The translations under genes were made by a program, and so were the position numbers. A stretch of 38,357 nucleotides of DNA from Octopus bimaculoides (lineage: Eukaryota). Positions within the stretch are counted from its first letter, which is position 1, and each line of letters starts with the position of its first letter. The DNA is taken from NCBI RefSeq assembly GCF_001194135.2, contig NC_068982.1, positions 12,989,880 through 13,028,236 of the forward strand, read 5' to 3'. Shown here one piece after another: positions 24,546 to 35,323 of this stretch. A model generated the notes under the pieces. The model saw only the letters and a list, made by a program, of their open reading frames with translations, was not told the origin of the DNA and did not search any database.

Positions 24546-25481
24546 CCATGTGACATTTCCAGACATAACTCAGGAATTGAGAAGGGTTGTAAATATCTGT
24601 TAATTTTTCTTTTTCTTTCTGTTTTTTTTTTTTTTTTCATGTAAGTGAATACATTGAATTAAAATGTAAATTTTTGTCTCTTTTTTTCTCTTACTCTGAA
24701 AACTTTTGATAGGAATATTTTTTTATTATTTTAACATAAATTAGATGTCCTGGAAACATTTACATTGAAGTTTCTCTGTTCCTTTCTGTTTACGCTTTTT
24801 TTTGTTTCTGATTTTGTTTTTGTTTTTGGCTTTGTTTCCTTTTCAAGAGAGGATAATTGTGCAGATGGATACATTGTCAAGATGAAGGGTGGGGGGTGAT
24901 TAATATACCACTTCTGATAACAAAGATAACAAAATCAATAACAACAACAGAGATAAAGTGATGGTGGTGGTGGTGGTGGTAATTATTGTGTATCTATTTT
25001 ATCTTCTGATGATTTAATATTTTTATTCATCTAAGATTTAATATTCATCAAATTGCTTGAAAGGTCAAACATATATTGGCAAATAAAACTAAAAGACATT
25101 AATCATTAGAAACTTTTCATTAATTTCCCTTTGCAGTTACAGAATTGATTGAGAAGATAAGTGTATATTTTTCTAAGAATTACTAATCCTGAACACAATT
25201 CTACTGTGTTCAGCTATACCATATAACCATAATAATAAAATCTATATAATAAAAAAAAAAAATGACCAATGTGATATACAATAACTAATTTTTTAAAAAA
25301 ATCAATTTATATTTGCAAAAGTTGGCTATATTTCACTGTTTCTAGAATTGCAAAACACAATAAAATGAAGGAAATGATAAAACAGAAGAAAGCTAAATGA
25401 AATACATGTTGTATGTACGAGCAGTAGTGATCTTGAAATACAAGTTATTGTGTTGTTTCCTTGTTGTTTAGGTTCATTATC

Positions 25482-25871
25482 GTGGAGGTGTAATGGCCCA
25501 GAGGTTAGGGCAGCGAACTCGCGGTCATAGGATCGCGGTTTCGATTCCCAGACCGGGTGTTGTGAGTGTTTATTGAGCGACAACACCTAAAGCTCAACGA
25601 GGCTCCGGCAGGGGATGGTGGCGAACCCTGCTGTACTCTTCCACCACAACTTTCTCTCGCTCTTACTTCCTGTTTCTGTTGTGTCTGTAATTCAAAGGGC
25701 CAGCCTTGTCACACTGTGTTACGCTGAATATCCCCGAGAACTACGTTAAGGGTACACGTGTCTGTGGAGTACTCAGCCACTTGCACGTTAATTTCACGAG
25801 CAGGCTGTTCCGTTGATCAGATCAACTGGAACTCTCAACGTCATAAGCGACGGAGTGCCAACAACAACAAC
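25482..25871 (+). mobile_element. Full-length tRNA-derived SINE family E with (ACA)n tail and 12-bp TSD
   Basis: A-box TGGCCCAGAGG, B-box GGTTTCGATTCCC, a CpG-rich body and an (ACA)n tail. The TSD AGGTYCATTATC lies at 25470-25481 and 25872-25883. Confidence 0.9.
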
Positions 25872-26274
25872 AGGTCCATTATCAGCCTTGATGACGTATC
25901 TACTTGATCAAAAGCATCGTAACTGAATTTATCACATCCTTTTTTCTTCGGGAGGCATGTATCTCAAAGCACGTATTTGATCTAATGCATACTTGGTTTT
26001 TAAGATGGTAGTGTGATTTGAGGTTGGGCTGGGGGGGGGGGTCTTAGCTGCTATTTCTAGCTAGTCGTGTACTGGCTCAAATTATAAGTAATATGCTACA
26101 GAGAAATCATTTGCCTGTATTCCTCCTTCAAAAATTGACCTTACACCTAGTCCAAAGAAATCAATACCATAAGACAAAATTAGAGTGTTATGTTAGGTAC
26201 AGCCATCAACTTGGTACACTAAAATCTGTAGAATACTATAGTATACTATATGTACATATATATATATATATATA

Positions 26275-26631
26275 NNNNNNNNNNNNNNNNNNNNNNNNNN
26301 NNNNNNNNNNNNNNNNNNNNNNNNNNNNNNNNNNNNNNNNNNNNNNNNNNNNNNNNNNNNNNNNNNNNNNNNNNNNNNNNNNNNNNNNNNNNNNNNNNNN
26401 NNNNNNNNNNNNNNNNNNNNNNNNNNNNNNNNNNNNNNNNNNNNNNNNNNNNNNNNNNNNNNNNNNNNNNNNNNNNNNNNNNNNNNNNNNNNNNNNNNNN
26501 NNNNNNNNNNNNNNNNNNNNNNNNNNNNNNNNNNNNNNNNNNNNNNNNNNNNNNNNNNNNNNNNNNNNNNNNNNNNNNNNNNNNNNNNNNNNNNNNNNNN
26601 NNNNNNNNNNNNNNNNNNNNNNNNNNNNNNN
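26275..26631. other. Assembly gap (357 N)
   Basis: Run of N; it explains the X-filled ORFs. Confidence 1.
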
Positions 26632-27119
26632 ATTATTAATGTAGTGAATGTATTCAATCACCTTATACATTTCTCTGCAATAAAATCTAGCTTTGTTGTT
26701 GGTCAAAGGAAAGGACATATTTTTTGCTATTGAATATATCATCACCATCAGATCACATACTTGAAGATTATGAAAGCAATGTACTTGATGACCCACTCAG
26801 TTTCTTTGGACAGACCGTTCCCTTGCCAGTTTTTCGTCTTTGTTATGAGAGACAATGATAAATATATCTATTGTTATGCTGTGCCATGCCTGGTAAATTT
26901 TGATTGAGTCTTTATGTAGTTTATAATTGTTCATGTGTGTATGTGTGAGTATAGGTGAGAAAAACAAAGAGAAAAGAGAGAGACAAACAAACAGACAGAG
27001 AGCAGAATATTCAAATTAGAAGAATCAATTCATAAAAATATAAACAAATAGAGTTTTTTTTTTCCTTCATTTCACAAATGAAATGATTTTTTAAATATCT
27101 TCCTGATGACAAGTGAAAT

Positions 27120-27382
27120 TGTGGTATGACGTCAGCAACTGGGGAGCTGACTGCTGACCGTAACCCTGAGCTGACCAGAAGAGGAAAAGGGGCAGAGGGA
27201 GCCTCGATTAGGATTTCGTGCCTTTTTTTTCAAGCGGGGTTGTTGCGACGCGAGGCCATGCGAGGCGATCCTCTAGGTGAGGGAGAGGCAGCTGCTATTT
27301 CTAGCATTCTTTGGATCGGGCCAGGTGCGAGGACAGGATACCACAGGACAGACTCGTGCGGTGGAAGGAAGACTAGGTAAGC
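27120..27382 (+). other. Unassigned GC/CpG-rich island (candidate first exon/promoter or unrecognised TE piece)
   Basis: Sharp rise in GC and CpG content, TGACGTCA at 27127-27134, and a consensus-like donor AG|GTAAGC at 27377. It shares the 15-mer GCTGCTATTTCTAGC with 26047-26061. Confidence 0.3.
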
Positions 27383-27663
27383 CGATTACTTCTAATCACT
27401 CGCATACACCACAGAAATTCTGATTTCTTTCTGTCTACAGACGAATATCTCCAGATCTTCTCATGAGAACACAACAGAAAAAGTATGTCCATCCATCTTG
27501 TCCCCACCCACTCATCCTGAGAGGATCATGGGGGTAGTGTCTTCAGGTACCTCTTTCACAAGGTTCTATCAGAAGCAACCATCACTACTGGATTCCTAAG
27601 TGTAGCCATTTGAAACTGGTGATATTATCTGACCATCTCATTTTTGGTCCACCCTACTGGCTG

Positions 27664-28000
27664 CTTGAAAATTAAGAAAATAAATTAAAGAAGGCAGTAA
27701 TTAAAAATTATCATGACAAACAAAAGAAAAAGAAAAATTCAACAGATGTATGAAAGGAAGATAGAATAGGAAATTTTTTTTTTTTTTACTCTAGGCACAA
27801 GGGGCCCAAAAGTTTTTGAGGGTGAATCTGTTGATTAGATCGACCCTAGTACGCAACTGGTACTTAATTTATCGACCCCAAATGGATGAAAGGCAAAGCT
27901 GACCTCAGCAGAATTTGACTCAGAACACGAAGATAGATGAAATACTGCTAAATATTTTGCCCGTTAGAATGGGAAAATATGGCAAGAGAATGATGTGTAA
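27664..28000 (+). repeat. Unclassified AT-rich dispersed repeat of about 135 bp (family G), copy 1, split by SINE B
   Basis: 27664-27773 plus 27965-28000 align with the reverse complement of 30702-30834. Confidence 0.75.
27774..27964 (-). mobile_element. 5'-truncated SINE family B copy with 12-bp TSD
   Basis: B body with a poly(T) on the plus strand; TAGAAT(A/G)GGAAA lies at 27762-27773 and 27965-27976. Confidence 0.85.
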
Positions 28001-28044
28001 TCTGTCTTGGGATTCTTTCCTGTGACATTTTAATGACATATCTG

Positions 28045-28452
28045 ATGCTGGTGTCACATAATCTGTCCGATGCCAGTGTCACATAACAGGCACCTGTGCC
28101 AGTGGCACGTAAAAAGCACCCTTCAAACATGGGGCCTCACGGAAGCTGTGATAAGTGACCGAGACTGTTGGTGATATGTCGTGCTTGAGAATCCTCATCA
28201 AGCCAAGTGAAAGAATAGTTGTGGCTGCTGCTGGTGTCACATAACTGGCACTCCTGCTGGTGGCACTTAAAAAGCGCCCCTTGCACTCTTGGAGTGGTTG
28301 GTGTTAGGAAGTGCAATCAGCCATAGAAACCATACCAAATCAGACTGGAGCCTGGTGCCACCCTTCAGCATACCAGTTTCAGTCTAACCATCTAACCCAT
28401 GCCAGCATAGAAAACAGACACTAAATGATGATGATGGTGATGATGATGATGT
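28045..28452 (+). mobile_element. Family C element
   Basis: GCCAGTGGCACGTAAAAAGCACC units, the family C tail and (ATG)n. Confidence 0.85.
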
Positions 28453-28805
28453 CTATAGTGCCAGAGCTGTGACTTCTCAATATGGAGATGTGGTGGCTTG
28501 ATTTGGAGAAATTCCTTGATCTCTGTGCTATGTCACTCCAGAGATCCTTGGGAGGAATCCCATTTCACAGCATATATTTATGATCCTACTCTTTGTATGT
28601 AACAAGTTAGAAGGGAGGATTCACTGGATGCATAACAAATAACAACAGATTTAAAACATTAACCAACGTTGTTGAGAGTAAGCTGCATTGAAGTAAAATA
28701 TGTTAGTATTTCTTGCCAAGTCAGCTCTAATCCAGGAGAGAACAATGGCCAAAAGGGTTTTAACTGAAGTCATCTTGTCTTCTTTAACTCCTTTTATTTT
28801 TCAGG

Positions 28806-29045
28806 CTTGGTGCTGGTGCCATGTAGGAAAAAACACCCAGTACACTCTGTAAAGTGGTTGGCATTAGGAAAGGCATCCAGCCATAGAAACTATGCTAGAT
28901 CAGACAATTGGAGCCCTGGTACGACTATCTGACTTGCCAGTTCCTGTCAAACTGTCCAACCTATTCCAGCATGGAAAGTGGACGTTAAACGACGATAGTA
29001 ATGACGACGATGGTGATGACGACGATGATGATGATGATAATGATT
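28806..29045 (+). mobile_element. Family C element
   Basis: AGTGGTTGGCATTAGGAAAGGCATCCAGCC...GGACGTTAAACGACGAT(GAT)n. Confidence 0.85.
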
Positions 29046-29969
29046 AGTGCATCTTGGGCTGCATTATCCAAATGTTCTTTTTCTTTTTTTTTGTAACAGA
29101 CAGTGCTGAGGGAGATTTGGTCGCTATTCTTTGTGAATCGAGCTACCACATGGTAGCAAAGCAATGAGGAATAGATGAACAAATATTCCAGATAGACTGC
29201 TGGATGACTGTCAATGAAGATAAACTTGGAATAATGCATCTAAAATCGACTTCAGTGACCATCGTAGAATTGAACGACAAAAGTAACCAAGGATAGAACA
29301 GAACAGAGATGATAATTATCAACATTAACCACAGCAAATGATGAAAATAGATGTAAAAGCTTTGATTATGATAAAAGAGAAGGCAGTTGTGGCAATAGAG
29401 GTAGTTAGTGGCGATAATAATGTAGAGATATGTTTTTTTGTTTAAATGGCTCAGATATCCTTTTTATGAAAATTGATTGTCGTGTATCAAATATACTATT
29501 ATATCAGCTTTACAATCCTTCTTGATTGCTTTAACAATGAAATCATGTCTGTACATAGAATAATTGATTTAGGCCCAATGAAGATAATGATTACATTTTT
29601 TTTTTTTAAATCAATTTTACTGTATATTGTGCAGTAAGGAAAATGAACCTCTCAAGTTACCAACGAACCATCCCAGAATAGCTGAAGAAATTAGAAATAG
29701 CTTGCATTGAATATCATAAGAGGATTTAGTGCTGTAAGGAATGGTTATATATTAAATCACAATTTCCATAGACAGCTAAAGAGAGAGAGAGAGAGAGGGA
29801 GATGGAGGGAGATGAAAACGAAATCGGCCTTCTGTGGTAAATTGGTATATCAAAGTGAAAGTCAGCAAATTTCCATCCCTGATGGCAGAAATCAAAGTCA
29901 AGCTGCAATGAATTATACAAGATGTGATATCGCATACAAAAGAAGAGACTGATGTGAAGGGATATTGTG

Positions 29970-29996
29970 TGCACGCACGCGTGTGTGTGTGTGTGA

Positions 29997-30028
<32 letters not shown>

Positions 30029-30330
30029 TTGTGAGTGTGTGTGTGTGTGTTTGTGAGTGTGTGTGTGTGTGTGTATGAGTGTGTATGTAAGCATGTGTGT
30101 GTGTATGAGTTAGTGTGTGTGAATGTGTGTGTATGCATGTGTGTGAGTTAGTGTGTGTGTGTGTGTATGTGTGTGTGTGTGAGTGAGTGTGTGAATGTGT
30201 GTGTTTGTGTGTATGAGTGTGTGTGTGTATGTATGCATGTGTGTGTGCACATGTGTGTATGTGAGCATGAGTTAGTGTGTATGTGTATGTGTGTGTGAGT
30301 GTGTATGCATGTGTGTGTGAGTGTGAGTTA

Positions 30331-30375
<45 letters not shown>

Positions 30376-30410
30376 CGTGTGTAAGTGCATGTACCTGTGT
30401 TGTGTATGTA
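29970..30410. repeat. Long compound (TG)n microsatellite
   Basis: Visible; it explains the HTHT ORFs. Confidence 0.95.
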
Positions 30411-30701
30411 TTCAATCACTATGGAAGTCTAGCAATTTTCAAAGCAATTTGTGATTTAGAAGATTTGTTAAAGGTCATGGAGAATTGAAAACAACACTGT
30501 GTGACATTAGATAAGAGACAGTTTTATATGGAGAAATATTTAACTTCAACAAAATTAATATCCGATCAGTGGGTTTTCAAGATTGAATACAGGTCATATG
30601 TCGTTTCTCAAGGGATAATTGTCAACATAAAAAAAACACTAAAATACAAATAAACTACAATTATTACCTATTTCCAACATTGTCTATCAGGAAGTAGTTG
30701 T

Positions 30702-30834
30702 TTACACGTTATTCTCTTGCCATATTTTCCGATTCTATCTTCTCATACATCTGTTGAATTTTTCCTTCTTTTGTTTGTCATGATAATTTTAAATTACTGT
30801 CTTTAATTTCTTTTAATTTCTCTTAATTTTCAAG
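30702..30834 (-). repeat. Family G repeat, copy 2
   Basis: Inverted homolog of 27664-28000, e.g. ATTCTCTTGCCATATTTTCC[C/G]ATTCTA with 26/27 identity. Confidence 0.75.
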
Positions 30835-30847
30835 GGATCGTGGTGTA

Positions 30848-31145
30848 CATCATCATCATCATCATCATCATTGGTTAACGTCCGCCTTCCATGCTAACAT
30901 GGGTTGGACGATTTGACTGAGGACTGGTGAACCAGATGGCTACACCAGGCTCCAATCTGATTTGGCAGAGTTTCTACAGCTGGATGCCCTTCCTAATGCC
31001 AACCACTTCAAGAGTGTAGTGGGTGCTTTTACGTGCCACCAGCACGAAGGGCAGTCAGGCAGTACTGGCAATGGCCACGCTCAAAATGGTGTATTTTACA
31101 TGCCACCTGCACAAGAGCCAGTTCAGGGGCACTGGCAACGATCTT
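30848..31145 (-). mobile_element. Family C element
   Basis: (CAT)n-GTTAACGTCCGC..CCATGCTAACATGGGTTGGACG...TTTCTACAGCTGGATGCCCTTCCTAATGCCAACCAC. Confidence 0.9.
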
Positions 31146-31278
31146 GCGCGAAAGTCTTATAGAAATTGTCTAATATATCTGACAGAGGGAGTAGTTTTGG
31201 TTCTGAATTTGTGAAGGATGTAAGACAGAAACCCAACCATATTATAATTCTCATCCATTCCTTGTTAGATTCATGTGT

Positions 31279-31500
31279 GAAAGTAGCAAAATGGCAGAGT
31301 CGTTAGCATGGTGGACGAAATACTTAGTGGTATTTTGCCCCTCACTCCATTCTGAATTCAAATTCTTCTGAGGTCGACTTTGCCTTTCATCTTTTTGGGG
31401 TCGATAAATGAAGTACCAGTCCTGTACTGGGGCTGATGCAATTGACTTGTCCTCTCCTGCCAAATTTCAAGCCTTGTGCCTATAGTAGAACGGATATTTA
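31279..31500 (+). mobile_element. SINE family B copy (variant tail)
   Basis: GGCAGAGTCGTTAGC...GAGGTCGACTTTGCCTTTCATC...GCCTTGTGCCTATAGTAGAA. Confidence 0.85.
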
Positions 31501-32480
31501 AATGCATGTCTTTTGTTTTGGAAGTTATGACACCACAAGTATTCTAAAGCTTCACAGAATATTTTCTAAAGTAGAATTACTAATTCTATATCACACACTT
31601 TGGCATAATATGTAATTATTCTTATGAATTGCTCTTTGGGAAACAGGCATCAACATTTAGGGAGTGGATTATGAAATAACTTATTTTGGTCGCTTGTTTG
31701 ATAGGATTTTTCAAAAATACATTATCTTATGTCTGTTTATCTGTGATTGTTTATATTGAATAAGTTTTGTCCAGCACTATGTTGGTCTATTTGTTATGAT
31801 TCATTGTCATATCCTTCATAGACTCAGCATCCTGATATCAGCCCTCACTATTTCCTGCTGGAGGATGCTTTGAAACATTCACCATTCCTAAATGAATCTT
31901 TACCAAATTTCAGTGAAAACAAATACAACCCTGAATAATGCATGAACAAAATAGATTTTAAATAAATAATGAAATGGAAAGTTCCTTTGAAGAAGCTGCC
32001 ATCTTACATTCTCCGAGCATAATGAGGAGCCTGTTTGGGACTATTATCTGTGTCTGTCTGTTCAGTATTCGGTCCTCTGCAGCTTTGGCATCATTCTAGG
32101 ACAGCTTAATTAAAGAAATATTTAATCAAGTGTAACAAGAATCAAAAGGCCCACACCTAGTAATAAAAACCAAGCACTGACCTTCATGAAAATACTATAT
32201 AGTCCATGACTGGTGAGGACCTTGTAGAGTGTGACCTGTGAGCTTAAGAGATGCTTTAAGCAACCAGCTATGGCACTTAACAACTGAAACTGTATGCGCA
32301 CCAAAATTAATTACTCTCAGTTCCAGATTAAAAAAATAATGGTTATACAAGGATCAAACAATTGGTGACGTCTGACTTGGAAAGAATATTTTTTGACACT
32401 TCTGATGGAACATGCAAAACTTTGTATACATAATTTGGAACAAAAGAATCATTCACTCAAGCAGATTACTCTTGCTTTAA

Positions 32481-32733
32481 CCCTTTTGTTACCATATTTC
32501 TCTTGAGATGATCTGTCTTTTTTTCAATTACTTTAAATATAACAAAGAATTTAGTAAAATAACTTGGTTATCATTAAGCTAGTGTTAGGAACATAAATTG
32601 TGACTAAGGTTTGGTGGAAGATTTTAATTCAGAACTTATGAAAACAAGACATTTGTACTACAGAGCCAGAGGTGGTTTTAGCCAGAGGTGGTTTTAGCCA
32701 GAGGTGGTTTCAGTCAGATTGGTATCAAATGGT
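32481..32733 (+). mobile_element. piggyBac-like MITE, copy 1 of a tandem pair
   Basis: TTAA|CCCTTTTGTTACCA ... TGGTATCAAATGGT|TTAA, with an internal 16-bp unit AGCCAGAGGTGGTTTT repeated three times. Confidence 0.8.
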
Positions 32734-32753
32734 TTAAATTAATTATTTGTTAA

Positions 32754-32975
32754 CCTTTTTGTTACCATATTTTTGTTAAGATGCTCTGTGTTTCTTTCAA
32801 TCAATCTTAAATATAACAAAGAATTTAGTAAAATAACTTAGTTATCATTAAGCTGGTGTTAGGAACATAAATTGTGACTAAGGTTTGGTGGAAGATTTTA
32901 ATTCAAAACTTATGAAAATCAAGACATTTGTACTCAGAGACAGAGCTGGTTTCAGCCAGATTGGTAACGAAAGGG
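32754..32975 (+). mobile_element. piggyBac-like MITE, copy 2 of a tandem pair
   Basis: TTAA|CCTTTTTGTTACCA ... TGGTAACGAAAGGG|TTAA, collinear with copy 1. Confidence 0.85.
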
Positions 32976-33311
32976 TTAAGATTTGTCTGGAATTGTAGCT
33001 ACTTGGCTCACTAACAATAGGACTGCTCCTTCTGAGTTTTAGCTTTTCCCTAAACTTAAGTTAAGCTACTCCATAAAGTTAATAGCTGCCCATAAAATTT
33101 AGAGACAAAGACAGCTCTGCATGCAGTGTGAACAAAGGATCTGGAATGGCAGAGATTCTGAAGCAGGTCAAGCTGGATATATGACATGTGTGCACAATAC
33201 GTCTCAAACTTACATTTGAGACTCTCAATCTAACTTTACAAAATCTCAGAGACAATACTAATATATTCTTGTTGTCTGGTGATTTCAGACTCTAATTGTC
33301 ATCTACTGGTG

Positions 33312-33552
33312 TCATCATCATCGTTTAACGTCCGCTTTCCATGCTAGCATGGGTTGAACGATTTAACTGAGGACTGGCGAACCAGATGGCTATGCCAGGC
33401 TTCAATCTGATTTGGCAGAGTTTCTACAGCTGGATGCTCTACCTAACGCCAACCACTCCAAGAGTGTAGTGGGTGCTTTTATGTGCCACCGGCATGAGGG
33501 CCAGTCAGGTGGTACTAGCAACGGCCACGCTCAAAATGGTGTATTTTATGTG
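33312..33552 (-). mobile_element. Family C element
   Basis: Close paralog of 30848-31145. Confidence 0.9.
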
Positions 33553-33629
33553 TGTTGAAAGTATATCTTAAAAGATACTTTATTTGAAAATGAGGAGAAA
33601 ACCTTCGACTCTACCAACATAATGGTTAG

Positions 33630-33870
33630 TCCACATTACTCCATAGGAAGCATAGGGCTAGTTTCCTGGTTTCTCTAGTGTATATACTCCTCCCTGGATG
33701 GGATGCCAGTCTGTTACAAGGTTACTCAGTTTTACCAGGTGATTGGACTGTAGCAACATGAAACGGAGTGTTTCGCTCAAGAACATAACACATCACCCAA
33801 TCCAAGAATTGAAATCACAATCTTATGATTATGTGCCCAACACCCTAACCACTAAACCATGCACCTCCAC
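33630..33870 (-). mobile_element. tRNA-derived SINE family D with a V-domain-like core
   Basis: Minus-strand head GTGGAGGTGCATGGTTTAGTGGTTAGG; core AACCTTGTAACAGACTGGCATCCCATCCAGGG, like the V-SINE GATGGACTGGCGTCCCGTCCAGGG motif. Confidence 0.75.
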
Positions 33871-33958
33871 CTAACAACATAATAGAGGTATCCCAACAGT
33901 CTTGTTTCCAAATGTTTTGTTTTACAGTTCTATATTTAGAAGATGAGGAATTATGCCC

Positions 33959-34031
33959 ATGGGTATATGGCATGGTGGTTAAGAGCACGGGCTACTAACC
34001 CCAAAATTCTGAGTTCGATTCCAGGCAGTGA

Positions 34032-34068
<37 letters not shown>

Positions 34069-34217
34069 CATTGAAAAATACCTTAGGAATGAGAACCCAG
34101 GTTCGAAATTTCCCCAAGACACCTGATGAAGGCTGGAGGGTGTATCAGTCAAAATGTTGTGTTAACAACAAACAAGATGAGGACAAATATCTGTCAAATG
34201 TAAATAATGTAAATAAT
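33959..34217 (+). mobile_element. SINE-like family F: tRNA head + (AAT)n + hammerhead-containing tail
   Basis: A-box-like TGGCATGGTGG (33968-33978), B-box GAGTTCGATTCC (34011-34022), (AAT)n at about 34036-34066, a hammerhead fold at 34118-34163, and a TGTAAATAATGTAAATAAT end. Confidence 0.7.
34118..34163 (+). ncRNA. Minimal type I hammerhead ribozyme motif (Penelope-type), probably inactivated in this copy
   Basis: Stem I GACAC/GTGTT, core CTGATGA (34123-34129), stem II GGCTG/CAGTC with a 10-nt loop, then AAAATGTT where GAAACGTT is expected. Both changes are CpG-type transitions. Confidence 0.6.
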
Positions 34218-34239
34218 ATTTTGTTTTAGTTGAGAGAGT

Positions 34240-34860
34240 TTGCTAGCTAACAATTGACACAGGGAATGAAGACATCAAAATGTAAAATTACTGACCTCTT
34301 TTCAAGAAATATTATTGAAAGTCTATCTTAGCTTCTCACAGAATTATATAAACCATGAATGCCTTTGTGAAAGTACCATCTTAGCTCTCAGAGAATGAGA
34401 CAAGAGCAGAATATTAACATTGCCATCATTCAACACGCAACATATCAATCCAAATGAGACAAGTCACTTGACATTGGATTTGATGTTAATAATGCTATCA
34501 ATTATCCAGGAGTTTTCCTCATTTTTCAGTGCAATAAAGTATCTCTTCACAATCTATAACTATGAGTAGGAACCCCTCTTATGTTGCTGTGAAATTTCAA
34601 TGCACCAAAACTTCATAATTGTACATGATTGGCTGTCAAATCTCTCATGTCCCATGTGAATGAAGCTACTGTTATGATTGGTTGTGCAGAGGGAGAAATT
34701 GTCTTCGTTCAATGTATTTCTCTCGTCTCATAAGATATACCATTTTAATTCAAGAGTCTTCAGTTTCTAATGGCATAGCCTTTTTTTTGTAAGCATCAAC
34801 AAGTCTGAGAGACAATTCTTTAGCTCTTTAGCATTTAGATTTCTCTGTCAAATGGAATGG
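34240..34860 (+). mobile_element. Helitron Rep/Helicase (PIF1-like) pseudogene fragment
   Basis: Broken translation NYINHECLCESTILA, NAINYP, VGTPLMLL*NFNAPKLHNCT*LAVKSLMSHVNEATVMIGCAEGEIVFVQCISLVS*DIPF*FKSLQF, SINKS. This matches the Helitron helicase NHEWL.ERAILAP...GAPIMLLRNL.PPKLCNGTRL...FKRLQFP...INKSQGQ. Confidence 0.9.
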
Positions 34861-35323
34861 TTGTTCATTCATATTGTTTTGAAATGATTATTTCAATGTG
34901 AAAGAACTGGCATTTCACACACATACACACACTGTGTGTATGTGTACTTGCATGTATGCATACATGAAGGTACAAATGGAGAAAACAATAAGTCAAGCAG
35001 TGTTTATTTGTTTGTTTCTGAAGCTGCTTATTCACTCTGTCATTACTCAGAGCTTTTCCCCTTTTGTGCTGAGTAGTGACAAAGTGAGTTACCAATTCCA
35101 AATGAATATATAGCAAATCTTTTACAAAATATTTTCCTATTATCTAATGTTGCCAGAGTGTTAGAGATGTATCTTACTTAAGCTGTTGTCCAAAAATTGG
35201 ACACGACAGCAACCTGCTCAGTGCATTTCTAGGATTGTTTCAAATGATTTTTATGAATGGAGACATTTCAGAGATGATTCTGGTTTCAAAATTATCTCTT
35301 TTTGTAATATTACGTGTTAGTTC

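Larger units (their letters stand above)
27487..28045 (-). mobile_element. Expander/REX3-like RTE 3' fragment split by nested repeats
   Basis: Reads RYVIKMSQERIPRQIT (about 28045-28000) [insertions] KQPVG..PKMRWSDNITSFKWLHLGIQ..MVASDRTL*KRYLKTLPP, and ends in a GATGGATGGA tail. Confidence 0.75.

Noticed and set aside
26691-26858. Protein-like open frame ..SSPSDHILEDYESNVLDDPLSFFGQT..
   Set aside because: It is short, has no start codon or strong acceptor, and shows no recognisable homology. It would need RNA-seq or tBLASTx support.
27100-27125. CTGATGA-CAAGT-GAAA as a second hammerhead core
   Set aside because: No stem II can form, and there is no stem III or cleavage triplet with matching stem I.
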